Assembly: GCA_006226965.1 (NCBI GenBank)
Contig: SBGQ01000129.1
Location: 23,202-87,201, forward strand
Direction: 5' to 3'
Length of the DNA stretch: 64,000 nt
Origin: a bacterium
Lineage (GTDB): Bacteria > Bacteroidota > Rhodothermia > Balneolales > M1805
In this document: positions 47,201-55,703 of the stretch, piece by piece
How the letters are laid out: every line of letters begins with the position of its first letter
How positions within the stretch are numbered: the stretch's first letter is position 1
The notes under the pieces: model-generated
The model's input: the letters and a program-made list of their open reading frames with translations, nothing else
Told to the model about the DNA's origin: nothing
Database searches by the model: none
Position numbers and translations under genes: made by a program

Positions 47201-48452
47201 GGAAATTTCTACGCATCACTTAAGTCTGACAAACAAAAGTAATTGTGAGTTTAATGCTGACCCTATTCAAATTCGAAACGGATTAAAACGAGTCATTTAT
47301 TTTTTCCTTGATGTTACTCCGGATAATAAAACGATTCATTTCACATGCTCAAATCATTCCAATAAATTAGTAATTAGTGTGAAAATTGAGCGACTAAGCC
47401 CGATTATTCTGCAACAATTACATTTCGATTTTGAGCAGTCCAAATTATTAGAAAGTAATCAAGAGCGACTGACCAATGCCATTACTATTCGCTATTTAAA
47501 CGAATTACTAAGCGCCAATGGCTTGAATTTAACTTGGGATATTTCAAACAATCAAACGTTCACCTGTACATTTATAACGGATGCCGAAAATGACGGTATC
47601 TACAACGATGAGGAGTCGAAATCAGAGATAGAAGTAACCCCAAAATCTACAATAAACCCTGATGAAGCAGAACAAGTTGAAGATAAACCTCTAGCTGTAA
47701 TTGTTGATGATTTCGGGCCGTTCAGACTTTTGGCAAAAGAAACAATTAAGAACGAATTTAGGATAAAAGACTTTCAAAATCCCTTACAAGCGCTTGAATT
47801 TATAAACGAAACTCAGCCTGACATCATTCTTACAGATTTGAGAATGCCGGAAATTTCAGGCTTAGAGTTAATCAAACGAATTAGAAATAATAAAGACTTA
47901 TCAGGCATTCCAATTATCCTGCTTTCGGCTGTTACAGATGAAGTGGATCAGGTTAAAGCTCTTCATGCAGGCGCTGATATCTACCTCACAAAACCCTTTC
48001 AACCAACTGTTCTCTTGGCTCAAGCGAAATCTTTATTGGCTTTCCGCCAGCGCTTACGGTCTAGTAAATTTAAGGCCAGCTTGTCTTTGGTTAATTATGA
48101 TGAGATTGCAGATTTAAAAGACCGCGAATTTGTGGTTCAAATGATTAAAAATATTGAATTAAACCTTTCGAACCCCGAATTTAATGTTGAAGAATTGGCA
48201 CATCAATTATCGATTGACCGCTCTGCCCTTTTCCGAAAACTGAAAAAAATAAACGATAAATCTCCAAGTATTTTGATTCAGGAAATGCGTATTGCGAAAG
48301 CAAAAGAGCTCTTAAAAAGTGGCAAAGGCAATGTATCTGAGGTGGCTTATGCTTGCGGTTACAATTCATTATCCTATTTTTCACAAGCATTTAAGGCTTC
48401 TACAGGTAAGAGTCCATCCGAATGGCTCGCCGAAACCTATATTGATAAGTAA
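44247..48452 (+). CDS. Hybrid two-component-system-type regulator (beta-propeller/Y_Y_Y sensor, TM, degenerate HisKA/HATPase, receiver, AraC HTH)
   Basis: It has periplasmic propeller repeats and a Y_Y_Y region (NVFQYRLLPISDNW...GIYTLEIKGSNSSG). A TM helix follows (WAYIFAFLFLIGASYSL). The H-box-like segment is SQISFELKNPLTMI. The receiver reads VIVDD...ILTDLRMP...LLSA...LTKPF. The AraC HTH is at the C-terminus. Confidence 0.85.
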   Translation: MISNSRINLKIGFICSLWALLGITTTAKGGLLNFINTINSFNSQVQPTQTDAVNFIVKNWTSKDGLPVNSFSYLELGSNGLIWIATYDGLVRFDGISFKTYSSRNYSAIKNNRFVNVFEAPNKLIYFFSEEGGLYVLNPDLDSVEQVLSDTNTPLYIHYISKGKNGNLYLASESGIWSVTTERNPVKILPNDIKHPVYMAYMDQFNRLWFINQNSQLYYIKDNQVKIVSISRPNSYLFFTLTENDHYGYLGWLNQIVYYDENQITVYDIDQISDKETFQRLVIETDNEHLIIHTSLKDTYRTSTNNINKLEKLPIHGYPILKHQKLIHPVLGQLLVTSEGLYLENGTRLYDFSTYKIEDALIDFEGSIWISTTGGGIFQLSLNHFKNYTFGLNAIDNNIFTVSPVQPDSSVFVGSYGAGLYQLNLKNGSTKPIKLHSDVQDKFVTSIEQLSTGSLLIGAHSYTIFELTPNKKVIQHHLPIKKNQTISALLEDNDGNIWVGSSDALYLKRKNTSSFSEAETYNLNFNAQIKTITQAPDQTIWLGTRGKGLIRLIKEVPEPILSNEPFSHAIIRSISLDPLINTPNNYRLWIATEALGIIVLDVVNQQIKSTLSLTLENGLLDNTIHHIVFDEKTNLWATTNRGLFSILSTELHEFVSGTIKQVNPSIYIDDDGLPDNEFNGGGNPSAQKIGKNQFLFANQKGLVYSNLSNLTTNSYIPSVIVYELKSNGTVVQHNKKNYWELANTQRNIEISFTSSSLASPKKNVFQYRLLPISDNWVDIRDTRELNFQNLSTGIYTLEIKGSNSSGLFSPSPTVVQFTIAPFWYETSWAYIFAFLFLIGASYSLVRLRVLQLSKRSARLQSLVDERTKELQNERELAIKQRNQLNEVLESRRLLLSQISFELKNPLTMIQSPLHLLNLNRYGTLPTEAKLVIDEVIRQTNNLDTHIKRIIDISSIHDGKFGVYKEKIISKPFFDSFFYEIRNERPEISTHHLSLTNKSNCEFNADPIQIRNGLKRVIYFFLDVTPDNKTIHFTCSNHSNKLVISVKIERLSPIILQQLHFDFEQSKLLESNQERLTNAITIRYLNELLSANGLNLTWDISNNQTFTCTFITDAENDGIYNDEESKSEIEVTPKSTINPDEAEQVEDKPLAVIVDDFGPFRLLAKETIKNEFRIKDFQNPLQALEFINETQPDIILTDLRMPEISGLELIKRIRNNKDLSGIPIILLSAVTDEVDQVKALHAGADIYLTKPFQPTVLLAQAKSLLAFRQRLRSSKFKASLSLVNYDEIADLKDREFVVQMIKNIELNLSNPEFNVEELAHQLSIDRSALFRKLKKINDKSPSILIQEMRIAKAKELLKSGKGNVSEVAYACGYNSLSYFSQAFKASTGKSPSEWLAETYIDK

Positions 48453-48460
48453 GCAGTAAA

Positions 48461-49714
48461 ATGGAAAAAAGCCATTTATATAAGATTTTTTCTGATCCGG
48501 TTCACGGGTTTATCAACATTCCAAAAGGTATTATTCTAAAACTTATTGACCATCCGTATGTGCAGCGTTTACGCCGTATTCGTCAGTTGGGCCTAGGATA
48601 TTTGGTTTTTCCGGGAGCTGAACATTCCCGATTTGCTCATGCTCTTGGTGCTACCGGACTCATGCAAAAAGCATTGGTAAATCTGAAAGAAAAGAATACA
48701 ACCATTACCAATGCCGAATATGAAGCTACCATGATTGCGGTTTTACTTCATGATATCGGGCACGGACCATTTTCGCATTCTCTTGAACATAGTTTTATCA
48801 AGGATTTCCATCACGAAAAGATGACACTTGCCTTAATGCACAAACTGAACGAGGAATTTGACGGTGCATTAGATATGGCGATTAAGATTTTTACGAATCA
48901 ATACGCAAAACCGTTTTTGCACCAGTTGGTTTCGTCTCAGCTGGATATCGACCGATTAGATTATTTGAAACGTGATTCTTGGTACACCGGCGTTAGTGAA
49001 GGTTTCGTAGGGGTTGATCGCATCATAAAAACGATGCGTGTGCATAAAGGTCACATCGTTGTCGAGAAAAAAGGTATCTACGCCATCGAAAATTACATTC
49101 TGGCGCGCCGACTCATGTATATGCAGGTTTATTTGCACAAAACTGTTCTAGCGGCTGATAAGCTGCTTATGAGCATTTTAAAACGTGCTCGTTATTTAGC
49201 ATCCAACAATCAATTAGAAGAGTTCACCTCTCCTGCTTTATCCTATTTCGTGAAGCACGATGTGTCTGCATTCAAAGGCATCAGCGATGAAATTATTGCC
49301 AATTATGTCTTGATGGAAGACAATGACATTTTGATGAGCTTAAAATATTGGCAATTCTCAAACGATAAAATTTTGGCTGATTTATCGAAACGGTTTTTAA
49401 ATCGTCAATTATTCAGAGCTACATTTTCAAAAAAACCATTTACGGATTCGGAAATCGCTGATTTACGAGAAAAAACAGCTGTTGCTCTTCATAAAAGAGG
49501 GATTCAGGCAAGCGATGATGACCTCAATTACTATTTACATTTTGATTCAAGCAATACTGAAGCGTATAAATACAAATCGGAAAGTATCTGGATTTTTGAT
49601 GGCGATGATAAAGCCGTTGAATTCTCCAAAGCAGCTGATACGAAGAATGTAATCGCCCTAACCAAACAAGTTGTTAAACCTTATTGCGTGCATTTGAAAG
49701 AAGTTTTGGTTTGA
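48461..49714 (+). CDS. HD-domain phosphohydrolase (SAMHD1/dGTPase-like superfamily)
   Basis: The motifs are SRFAHALG, LLHDIGHGPFSH and DRLDYLKRD. Confidence 0.8.
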   Translation: MEKSHLYKIFSDPVHGFINIPKGIILKLIDHPYVQRLRRIRQLGLGYLVFPGAEHSRFAHALGATGLMQKALVNLKEKNTTITNAEYEATMIAVLLHDIGHGPFSHSLEHSFIKDFHHEKMTLALMHKLNEEFDGALDMAIKIFTNQYAKPFLHQLVSSQLDIDRLDYLKRDSWYTGVSEGFVGVDRIIKTMRVHKGHIVVEKKGIYAIENYILARRLMYMQVYLHKTVLAADKLLMSILKRARYLASNNQLEEFTSPALSYFVKHDVSAFKGISDEIIANYVLMEDNDILMSLKYWQFSNDKILADLSKRFLNRQLFRATFSKKPFTDSEIADLREKTAVALHKRGIQASDDDLNYYLHFDSSNTEAYKYKSESIWIFDGDDKAVEFSKAADTKNVIALTKQVVKPYCVHLKEVLV

Positions 49715-49757
49715 TTAGTTGATTAGTTGATTAGTTGATTAGTTGATTAGTTGATTA
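49711..49757 (+). repeat. Tandem octamer array (TTGATTAG) x ~6
   Basis: There are five perfect copies, a sixth lacking its last base, and one more degenerate copy at 49766-49772. The array starts on the TGA stop of the HD gene. Each unit contains TGA and TAG. Confidence 0.9.
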
Positions 49758-49781
49758 AAAATGAGTTGATTTGTTACAATT

Positions 49782-50129
49782 ATGCATAAAAGAAATGAAA
49801 TTCTTGAATTAACTTTTCAATTTTCACTAAAGATTATTCAATTCTGCGATTCTTTAGAAGAGTCTCGAAAGTATGTAATTGCCAATCAATTACTAAAATC
49901 GGGAACATCTATTGGTGCTAATGTCAGGGAGGCGCAAAATGCTGAGAGTAAAGCAGATTTCATCCATAAATTAAAGATTGCTATCAAAGAAGCTGATGAA
50001 ACTGATTACTGGCTAGACCTCTGTAAAGCATCATCAAATTATCCATTTGATGATGTTCTGAAAGAAGATCTATTAGTCATAAAAAAAGTGATTTCAAAAA
50101 TAATTGCTACAATGAAATCTAAAGCTTAG
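49782..50129 (+). CDS. Four-helix-bundle protein (23S rRNA intervening-sequence protein / Avd-like family)
   Basis: It is 115 aa. The family-typical motifs are LLKSGTSIGANVREAQNAESKADFIHKLKIAIKEADETDYWLDL. Confidence 0.8.
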   Translation: MHKRNEILELTFQFSLKIIQFCDSLEESRKYVIANQLLKSGTSIGANVREAQNAESKADFIHKLKIAIKEADETDYWLDLCKASSNYPFDDVLKEDLLVIKKVISKIIATMKSKA

Positions 50130-50137
50130 CAAAAGCC

Positions 50138-50177
50138 AATCATCTAATCATCTAATTAATTCATTAACTAATTTATC
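50138..50177 (-). repeat. Degenerate octamer array, inverted relative to the 49711 array
   Basis: The plus strand reads aatcatct aatcatct aattaatt cattaact aatttatc. The reverse complement of the first units (AGATGATT) matches the rotated left unit AGTTGATT at 7 of 8 positions. The array abuts the polA stop codon (50176-50178). Confidence 0.7.
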
Positions 50178-52980
50178 AATGCGCATCCAGCCAATTGTCC
50201 CCAGTTCCTACTTCTACTTTTAATGGAACACTGATTTCCATCGCCGATTCCATCACCTGTTGAATCAATTGCGATGCTTTCTCCACTTCATCTTTTGGAG
50301 CTTCGAACACCAATTCATCATGAACCTGCAAAATCATTTCCGTTTTTAGTTGATGCTCATCTTTCGCCTTTTCAAAAGCTATCATCGCCATTTTAATTAA
50401 ATCTGCGGCCGAACCCTGAATCGGAGTGTTGATGGACGTACGCTCCGCGAACGAACGAATATTAAAGTTGGAAGCGTGAATATCCGGAATTGGACGTCGG
50501 CGACCCGTAATCGTTTTTACATAACCGTGCTCTTTGGCATAGACAACCATATCTGCCATAAAGGCTTTCACACCAGGGAAACGATCAAAATAAGCCTGAA
50601 TCATTGCTTTACCTTCGCTGTTTTCAATTCCCAAACGCGAAGCCAATCCATAAGCAGATACACCGTAAGGAATTCCAAAATTCACTTCTTTGGCTTTTCG
50701 TCGATGGTCGGATGTCACTTCGTCTAAACTATCTAAATGGAAAATCTCTTTCGCCGTACGAGCGTGAATATCTTCATTCTGTCTAAATGCTTCGCGCATG
50801 GCTTCATCATTGGCGATGTCCGCAATAACACGTAACTCAATCTGCGAATAATCCGCTGAAATCAACACTTTTCCCGATTCCGGCACAAATGCTTTTCTGA
50901 TTTCTTTCCCTCGTGATGTTCGAATCGGAATATTCTGCAAGTTCGGATTGGAGGATGATAATCTTCCCGTTGCCGCTACATGCTGATTAAAAGCAGTGTG
51001 AACTCGACCCGTTTCAGGATGAATTAATTTTGGGAGCGCGTCCACATAAGTGCTTTTAAGTTTACTCAACGTGCGATAATCCAGCAAATGAGCCGCAATT
51101 TCATACTTAACAGCCAAGGTACTTAACACATCTTCTGAAGTGGAATATTTGCCAGTCGCCGTTTTTTTTCCGGTCGGTAATTTCAACTTATCAAATAAAA
51201 TGGCTCCTAATTGCTGCGTTGAGTTAATGTTAAACTGCTCGCCTGCCAAGGAATAAATCTGAGATTCTAATTCAATAATATCTTCTGTGAGTTGTTTAGA
51301 AATGGATTTTAATAAGTCTAAATCAATTTTTACCCCGTTCATTTCCATTTTTGCCAAAACGTGAATCAGCGGAAACTCAATATCGTATGATACTTTCCCT
51401 AAATCTAACTCATCCAATTGTTTACGAAAAACATCCGCCAATTGAAGCGTAATATCGGCATCTTCACATGCATAATCGGAAACCGTTTTTGCATCCACAT
51501 CAGCCATGCTTTTTTGAGATTTTCCCGAACCGATTAAGTCTTTAATTGAAATCGGCTCATAATTCAGAAACTTCATCGAAAGCTCATCCATCCCCACTTT
51601 TTGATTCGGATCGATGAGATAAGCCGCAATCATCGTATCAAAAATTTTATTCTTGATTGGAATTCCTTGTCGCTCCATAATGATGATATCATACTTCGCA
51701 TTTTGAGCAATTAATTCCTTTGAAGAATCCGCAAAAGAAGCTTTAAATGAATCGAAAACGGCTGTTTTGTCTAAATCGGAATGAACCAAATCAATATAAA
51801 AAGCTTCTCCTGTTTTAAATGCAAATGATAATCCGACAGGTTCGGCCAACATTGGGTCTGTTCCGGTAGTTTCTGTATCAAAACAAAAAGAAGCAGAAGC
51901 ATTTACCCGATCCGCAAGTTCTTGAACGGCATTCATTTCCTGAACCAAAACGTAGTTCACTTTATCGGACTCAAATCGTTTGTACATGGGCGCCGATGAA
52001 AACAAATCCCCCGTTTGTTCAGTTTCTGTTTCGGGCACTTCAACGGCAAATAAATCAGACTGTCCCTCCTTTTTTGCCACAACCTGATTCGAATCAGCCA
52101 ATGTGGTTTTAGGTTGATATCGGTTCGTTAATGAACGGAATCCCATCTCTTTAAAAAACAGATACAAAGAGTCGTTATCAGCACCATTCCACTGATATTT
52201 TTCCCAATCATCAAATCCCGGAACAGAGGTATAAATGGTTACCATTTCCTTCGATTTGAGCGCTAATTCGGTATTCGCTTTAATATTCTCTCTCGTTTTA
52301 TTTGCTTTGATGGAGTCCGCATTAGCAATCAGATTTTCAATGGAACCAAACTCATTTATTAAAGCAGGAGCACCTTTTTTCCCGACTCCCGGCATTCCCG
52401 GCACATTATCCGAAGCATCACCGATTAAAGCCAACACGTCTATTACTTTATCAGGAGTTACTCCGAAGTATTCCACAACTCCATCAATACCAACAATATC
52501 AAATCCTTTTGCGTTATTCAGCGGTTTATACAATTTGATGCGCTCCGTTACCAACTGCATGAAATCTTTATCCGGAGTTACCATAAACACATCTACATCA
52601 TGCGTGGAAGCAACGGTTGCAAGTGTTCCTATGATGTCATCAGCTTCAAAACCGTCCAACTCCAAATTGGCGATTTTAAAGCCTTCCAGCATTTTTTTGA
52701 TATATGGTATGCCCTGACGTAATTCATCGGGCTGTGGCGGACGATTGGCTTTGTATTGGTCGTCCATATCATGTCTGAAAGTCGGCGCGTGAGTATCCCA
52801 AGCTACCGCTATGTGTGTCGGCTGTTCTGTATCTAAAATTTGTACTAATGTATTCGCAAATCCAAACATGGGTCCGGTTGCTAAACCTTCACTATTTCTT
52901 AAATTAGAGCTGATAAAAGCAAAATGAGCGCGGTAGGCTAATGCCATACCATCTAGGAGGAATAACTTTTTGTGTGCCAT
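50176..52980 (-). CDS. polA: DNA polymerase I
   Basis: It contains a 5'-3' exonuclease domain, a 3'-5' exonuclease domain (FDTET) and a polymerase domain (DYSQIELR, QVHDELVFE). Confidence 0.95.
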   Translation of the reverse strand: MAHKKLFLLDGMALAYRAHFAFISSNLRNSEGLATGPMFGFANTLVQILDTEQPTHIAVAWDTHAPTFRHDMDDQYKANRPPQPDELRQGIPYIKKMLEGFKIANLELDGFEADDIIGTLATVASTHDVDVFMVTPDKDFMQLVTERIKLYKPLNNAKGFDIVGIDGVVEYFGVTPDKVIDVLALIGDASDNVPGMPGVGKKGAPALINEFGSIENLIANADSIKANKTRENIKANTELALKSKEMVTIYTSVPGFDDWEKYQWNGADNDSLYLFFKEMGFRSLTNRYQPKTTLADSNQVVAKKEGQSDLFAVEVPETETEQTGDLFSSAPMYKRFESDKVNYVLVQEMNAVQELADRVNASASFCFDTETTGTDPMLAEPVGLSFAFKTGEAFYIDLVHSDLDKTAVFDSFKASFADSSKELIAQNAKYDIIIMERQGIPIKNKIFDTMIAAYLIDPNQKVGMDELSMKFLNYEPISIKDLIGSGKSQKSMADVDAKTVSDYACEDADITLQLADVFRKQLDELDLGKVSYDIEFPLIHVLAKMEMNGVKIDLDLLKSISKQLTEDIIELESQIYSLAGEQFNINSTQQLGAILFDKLKLPTGKKTATGKYSTSEDVLSTLAVKYEIAAHLLDYRTLSKLKSTYVDALPKLIHPETGRVHTAFNQHVAATGRLSSSNPNLQNIPIRTSRGKEIRKAFVPESGKVLISADYSQIELRVIADIANDEAMREAFRQNEDIHARTAKEIFHLDSLDEVTSDHRRKAKEVNFGIPYGVSAYGLASRLGIENSEGKAMIQAYFDRFPGVKAFMADMVVYAKEHGYVKTITGRRRPIPDIHASNFNIRSFAERTSINTPIQGSAADLIKMAMIAFEKAKDEHQLKTEMILQVHDELVFEAPKDEVEKASQLIQQVMESAMEISVPLKVEVGTGDNWLDAH

Positions 52981-53051
52981 GCTTTACAATGCTGAACTTT
53001 TTATTAACATTTGCGATACTACTGCCCAATTATAAGGTAATAGAAAATTAG

Positions 53052-54173
53052 ATGGCCGGAAAAAACGATTCAAATACAGTCTTTCAGAATACAAAAACGT
53101 TCTACAAAGAATACACGGAGGGCATGACTCGTGAACGTATCGGTAAAGAATTTTACGCTGATACAACCCGTCTGAAAAAACTGTATAGAGAGGCCGTCGG
53201 TGAAGAATTTGACCCAAGAACGGGCGAACAAATCGGCTTAGTTACCAAAATAAACCGTTTTATTAATGCTTTAGGGAAACGATTAAACCCAACTCGCCGA
53301 CTCGTTTTTGGCGGCAGCATTTTAGGATTTTTAGCCCATTATATGTTCTCAGGTTTATTGGGAACTGCTTTATTAGGTGCATCATTTTTGGGCTTTGTGA
53401 TGATTATGGTTTTAGAACTTCTCGAAAAGTTTGACGCCAAAAAAGAAATCGACTTTGCCAGAGAAATCCAGTTGAGTTTACTTCCCAATCCTGATATTAA
53501 ATTTAGCGGAATGGAAATCACATCTTTTGCGAATACAGCCAATGAAGTTGGCGGCGATTATGTAGATGTAATTCACACCGAAAAAGGCACTTTTGTAGTA
53601 ATTGCCGACGTTTCCGGTAAAGGCTTATCGGCATCACTCTATATGGTTCGTATGCAGGCAATGGTTCATTTAATGATTAACAAAGGAGTGGATGGCCCGA
53701 GACAACTTTTCCTTGAGATGAACAATTACATTAAATCGAGTACGAAAGACAAAACATTTGTAACAGCTTGTGCGGCATTCTTTCCAAAAGATGAAGACCA
53801 TTTCTTGTTTTCACGTGCCGGACATAACCCACCTATTCTCTATTCAAAAGAAAAAGACGCTACCATGTTGTTACGAACTCCGGGACTAGCTTTAGGCATG
53901 GCACCGACATCACGCTTAGAAAAACACCTAAAAGAAGCAACCGTAACGTTTAAACAAGGCGATTCACTCTTAGTATATACAGATGGACTTACAGAAGCCC
54001 GAAATATTGAAGGACGTGAATACGGTGAAGCTCGTTTAGAATCGATCATGGATATCTACGGAAGCTTAGATTCAGATACTGTAATGAATAAAATTCAGAA
54101 TTCTCTTGAAATTTTTATCGGTGAAGAAGAGCAATTGGATGATATCACGTTTTCAGTGATTCATAAGAAATAA
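53052..54173 (+). CDS. Membrane-associated PP2C/SpoIIE-family serine phosphatase
   Basis: It has two TM helices followed by the motifs GGDYVDV, DVSGKG, TDGLTEA and DDITFSV. Confidence 0.8.
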   Translation: MAGKNDSNTVFQNTKTFYKEYTEGMTRERIGKEFYADTTRLKKLYREAVGEEFDPRTGEQIGLVTKINRFINALGKRLNPTRRLVFGGSILGFLAHYMFSGLLGTALLGASFLGFVMIMVLELLEKFDAKKEIDFAREIQLSLLPNPDIKFSGMEITSFANTANEVGGDYVDVIHTEKGTFVVIADVSGKGLSASLYMVRMQAMVHLMINKGVDGPRQLFLEMNNYIKSSTKDKTFVTACAAFFPKDEDHFLFSRAGHNPPILYSKEKDATMLLRTPGLALGMAPTSRLEKHLKEATVTFKQGDSLLVYTDGLTEARNIEGREYGEARLESIMDIYGSLDSDTVMNKIQNSLEIFIGEEEQLDDITFSVIHKK

Positions 54174-54273
54174 TACAGTATTCGATTTTTAAGCTTCAAC
54201 CTCTATCTGTTCTAACACACATTTACATTACTCAGATATTAGATTATCTTAACGCCAACCTGTTTATAAAAGA

Positions 54274-55092
54274 TTGTTTATGAGAAAGTTAGCGCTTATC
54301 TGTTTGTTATTTGGGATTTTAGTGTCTTGCGGGGAAGATCAAATCAATGAATTAATTGAAGACACAAAAGGACCATTAAAAGGTCGATTAAAAGCTTACC
54401 TAAGACAAAGTCAGGCAAATATCGATGCCGTTTTTATCGATATCCAATCAGTTGAAATAAGCGCTAAAAACGACTCCTCTTCTGATTGGTCTAATATTTT
54501 AGAAAATCCGGTTCGCCTAAATATTCTTGATCTTGCTAATAATTTGGATACTCTTTTGGGTGATTACGAATTGGACGCCGGAAATTACTCTCAAATACGT
54601 TTGATTTTAGGCGACAATAACACCGTTGTTGTAAATGGTGAAGAAAAAGAATTAAAAACACCAAGTGCCCAACAAAGCGGTCTTAAACTCAAATTAAATG
54701 CGACCATCGAAGAAGGTGTTACATATACCATCGGTTTCGATTTTGATGCGGCAAAATCAATCGTAACTACCGGAAATGCAAAGAACCCAAAATACAATCT
54801 TAAGCCGGTAATCCGTCTAATCACAGAAGCCACAAGCGGCTCAGTGAGTGGTGTAATCAGCCCGGCAAGTGCAGCTTCTGACATCACACTATATAATTCA
54901 ACCGATACATTAAGCACTTACGCAGATACTGTTTCCGGTTCTTTTTTAATTCGCGGAGTTCCGGAAGGGCTTTATTCGATGTTGGTTGAATCGAGAAATA
55001 ATGAGTACACAGATAGTTTAGTTACGTCTGTTGATGTAGCTCTCGGAAATGCTACTGTTTTAGATACGCTGTTTTTAACTCCAAAAAACTAA
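54274..55092 (+). CDS. DUF4382-like lipoprotein with C-terminal carboxypeptidase-regulatory-like domain
   Basis: It has a lipobox (LVSCG). The motifs are IQSVEI...W..I......LNILDL and GNYSQIRLILG...LKTPSAQQSGLKL. Confidence 0.65.
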   Translation: MFMRKLALICLLFGILVSCGEDQINELIEDTKGPLKGRLKAYLRQSQANIDAVFIDIQSVEISAKNDSSSDWSNILENPVRLNILDLANNLDTLLGDYELDAGNYSQIRLILGDNNTVVVNGEEKELKTPSAQQSGLKLKLNATIEEGVTYTIGFDFDAAKSIVTTGNAKNPKYNLKPVIRLITEATSGSVSGVISPASAASDITLYNSTDTLSTYADTVSGSFLIRGVPEGLYSMLVESRNNEYTDSLVTSVDVALGNATVLDTLFLTPKN

Positions 55093-55241
55093 AATCAACT
55101 GTAATTACTCTGCTTTGATTTTATTGTTTATAGCTTTGTGATTTATACGCTCTTAGTCAAATCGAAGACAATTAAACCAAATGAATTTTATTTTGTTTTT
55201 TTGGGTTTATACATTGAGGAAAATCAATTAACCTAAAAACT

Positions 55242-55703
55242 ATGTTTCGCTTACTTTTCATCTTTTGTTTAATCCCTGTAGTTATGCAAGCACAAAATCA
55301 ACCTAAAGATTCGTTAAAACTTCGAAAACTGACGACAGAAGAAGCTCGTGTCATTTTATACAAAGGCACAGAACTCCCCTTTACCGGTACATACACTGAC
55401 AATAAAGAAACCGGCACCTATCATTGTAAACAATGCGACGCCCCGCTTTATCGCTCCAAAGACAAATTCAATTCGTTCTGCGGTTGGCCAAGTTTCGATG
55501 ATGAAATTGATGGCGCAGTAAAACGTATTCCAGACGCCGACGGTGAACGCACTGAAATTGTTTGCGCACGTTGTGGCGGACATTTAGGTCACGTTTTCCT
55601 TGGAGAAGGTTTTACCGCCAAAAATACCCGCCATTGTGTGAATTCCATTTCGATGGTGTTTAAAGCCGATTCTACCGCTGAAAAACCTAAAGGGATGGAA
55701 TAA
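55242..55703 (+). CDS. msrB: Peptide-methionine (R)-S-oxide reductase MsrB with N-terminal signal peptide
   Basis: It has the zinc CxxC pairs (CKQCDAPL, CARCGGHLGHVF) and the motifs GWPSF and RHCVNS. The N-terminus reads MFRLLFIFCLIPVVMQAQ. Confidence 0.9.
   Translation: MFRLLFIFCLIPVVMQAQNQPKDSLKLRKLTTEEARVILYKGTELPFTGTYTDNKETGTYHCKQCDAPLYRSKDKFNSFCGWPSFDDEIDGAVKRIPDADGERTEIVCARCGGHLGHVFLGEGFTAKNTRHCVNSISMVFKADSTAEKPKGME

Noticed and set aside
48461-49714. The HD-domain SAMHD1/dGTPase-like protein, considered as an anti-phage dNTP-depletion defence gene.
   Set aside because: Its context is housekeeping: it lies between a regulator and polA. There are no neighbouring defence or mobile genes. 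This ~410-aa HD family is broadly conserved as a core gene in Bacteroidota-like genomes. The sequence alone gives no support for a defence role.
49711-49757. The tandem TTGATTAG array, considered as a possible CRISPR array or minisatellite.
   Set aside because: The units are 8 bp with no spacers, far too short for CRISPR repeats. It is reported instead as a simple tandem repeat flanking the four-helix-bundle cassette.
49782-50129. The four-helix-bundle (Avd-like) gene, considered as a marker of a diversity-generating retroelement.
   Set aside because: There is no reverse transcriptase gene and no template/variable repeat pair anywhere in the window. The gene sits alone between two housekeeping genes.
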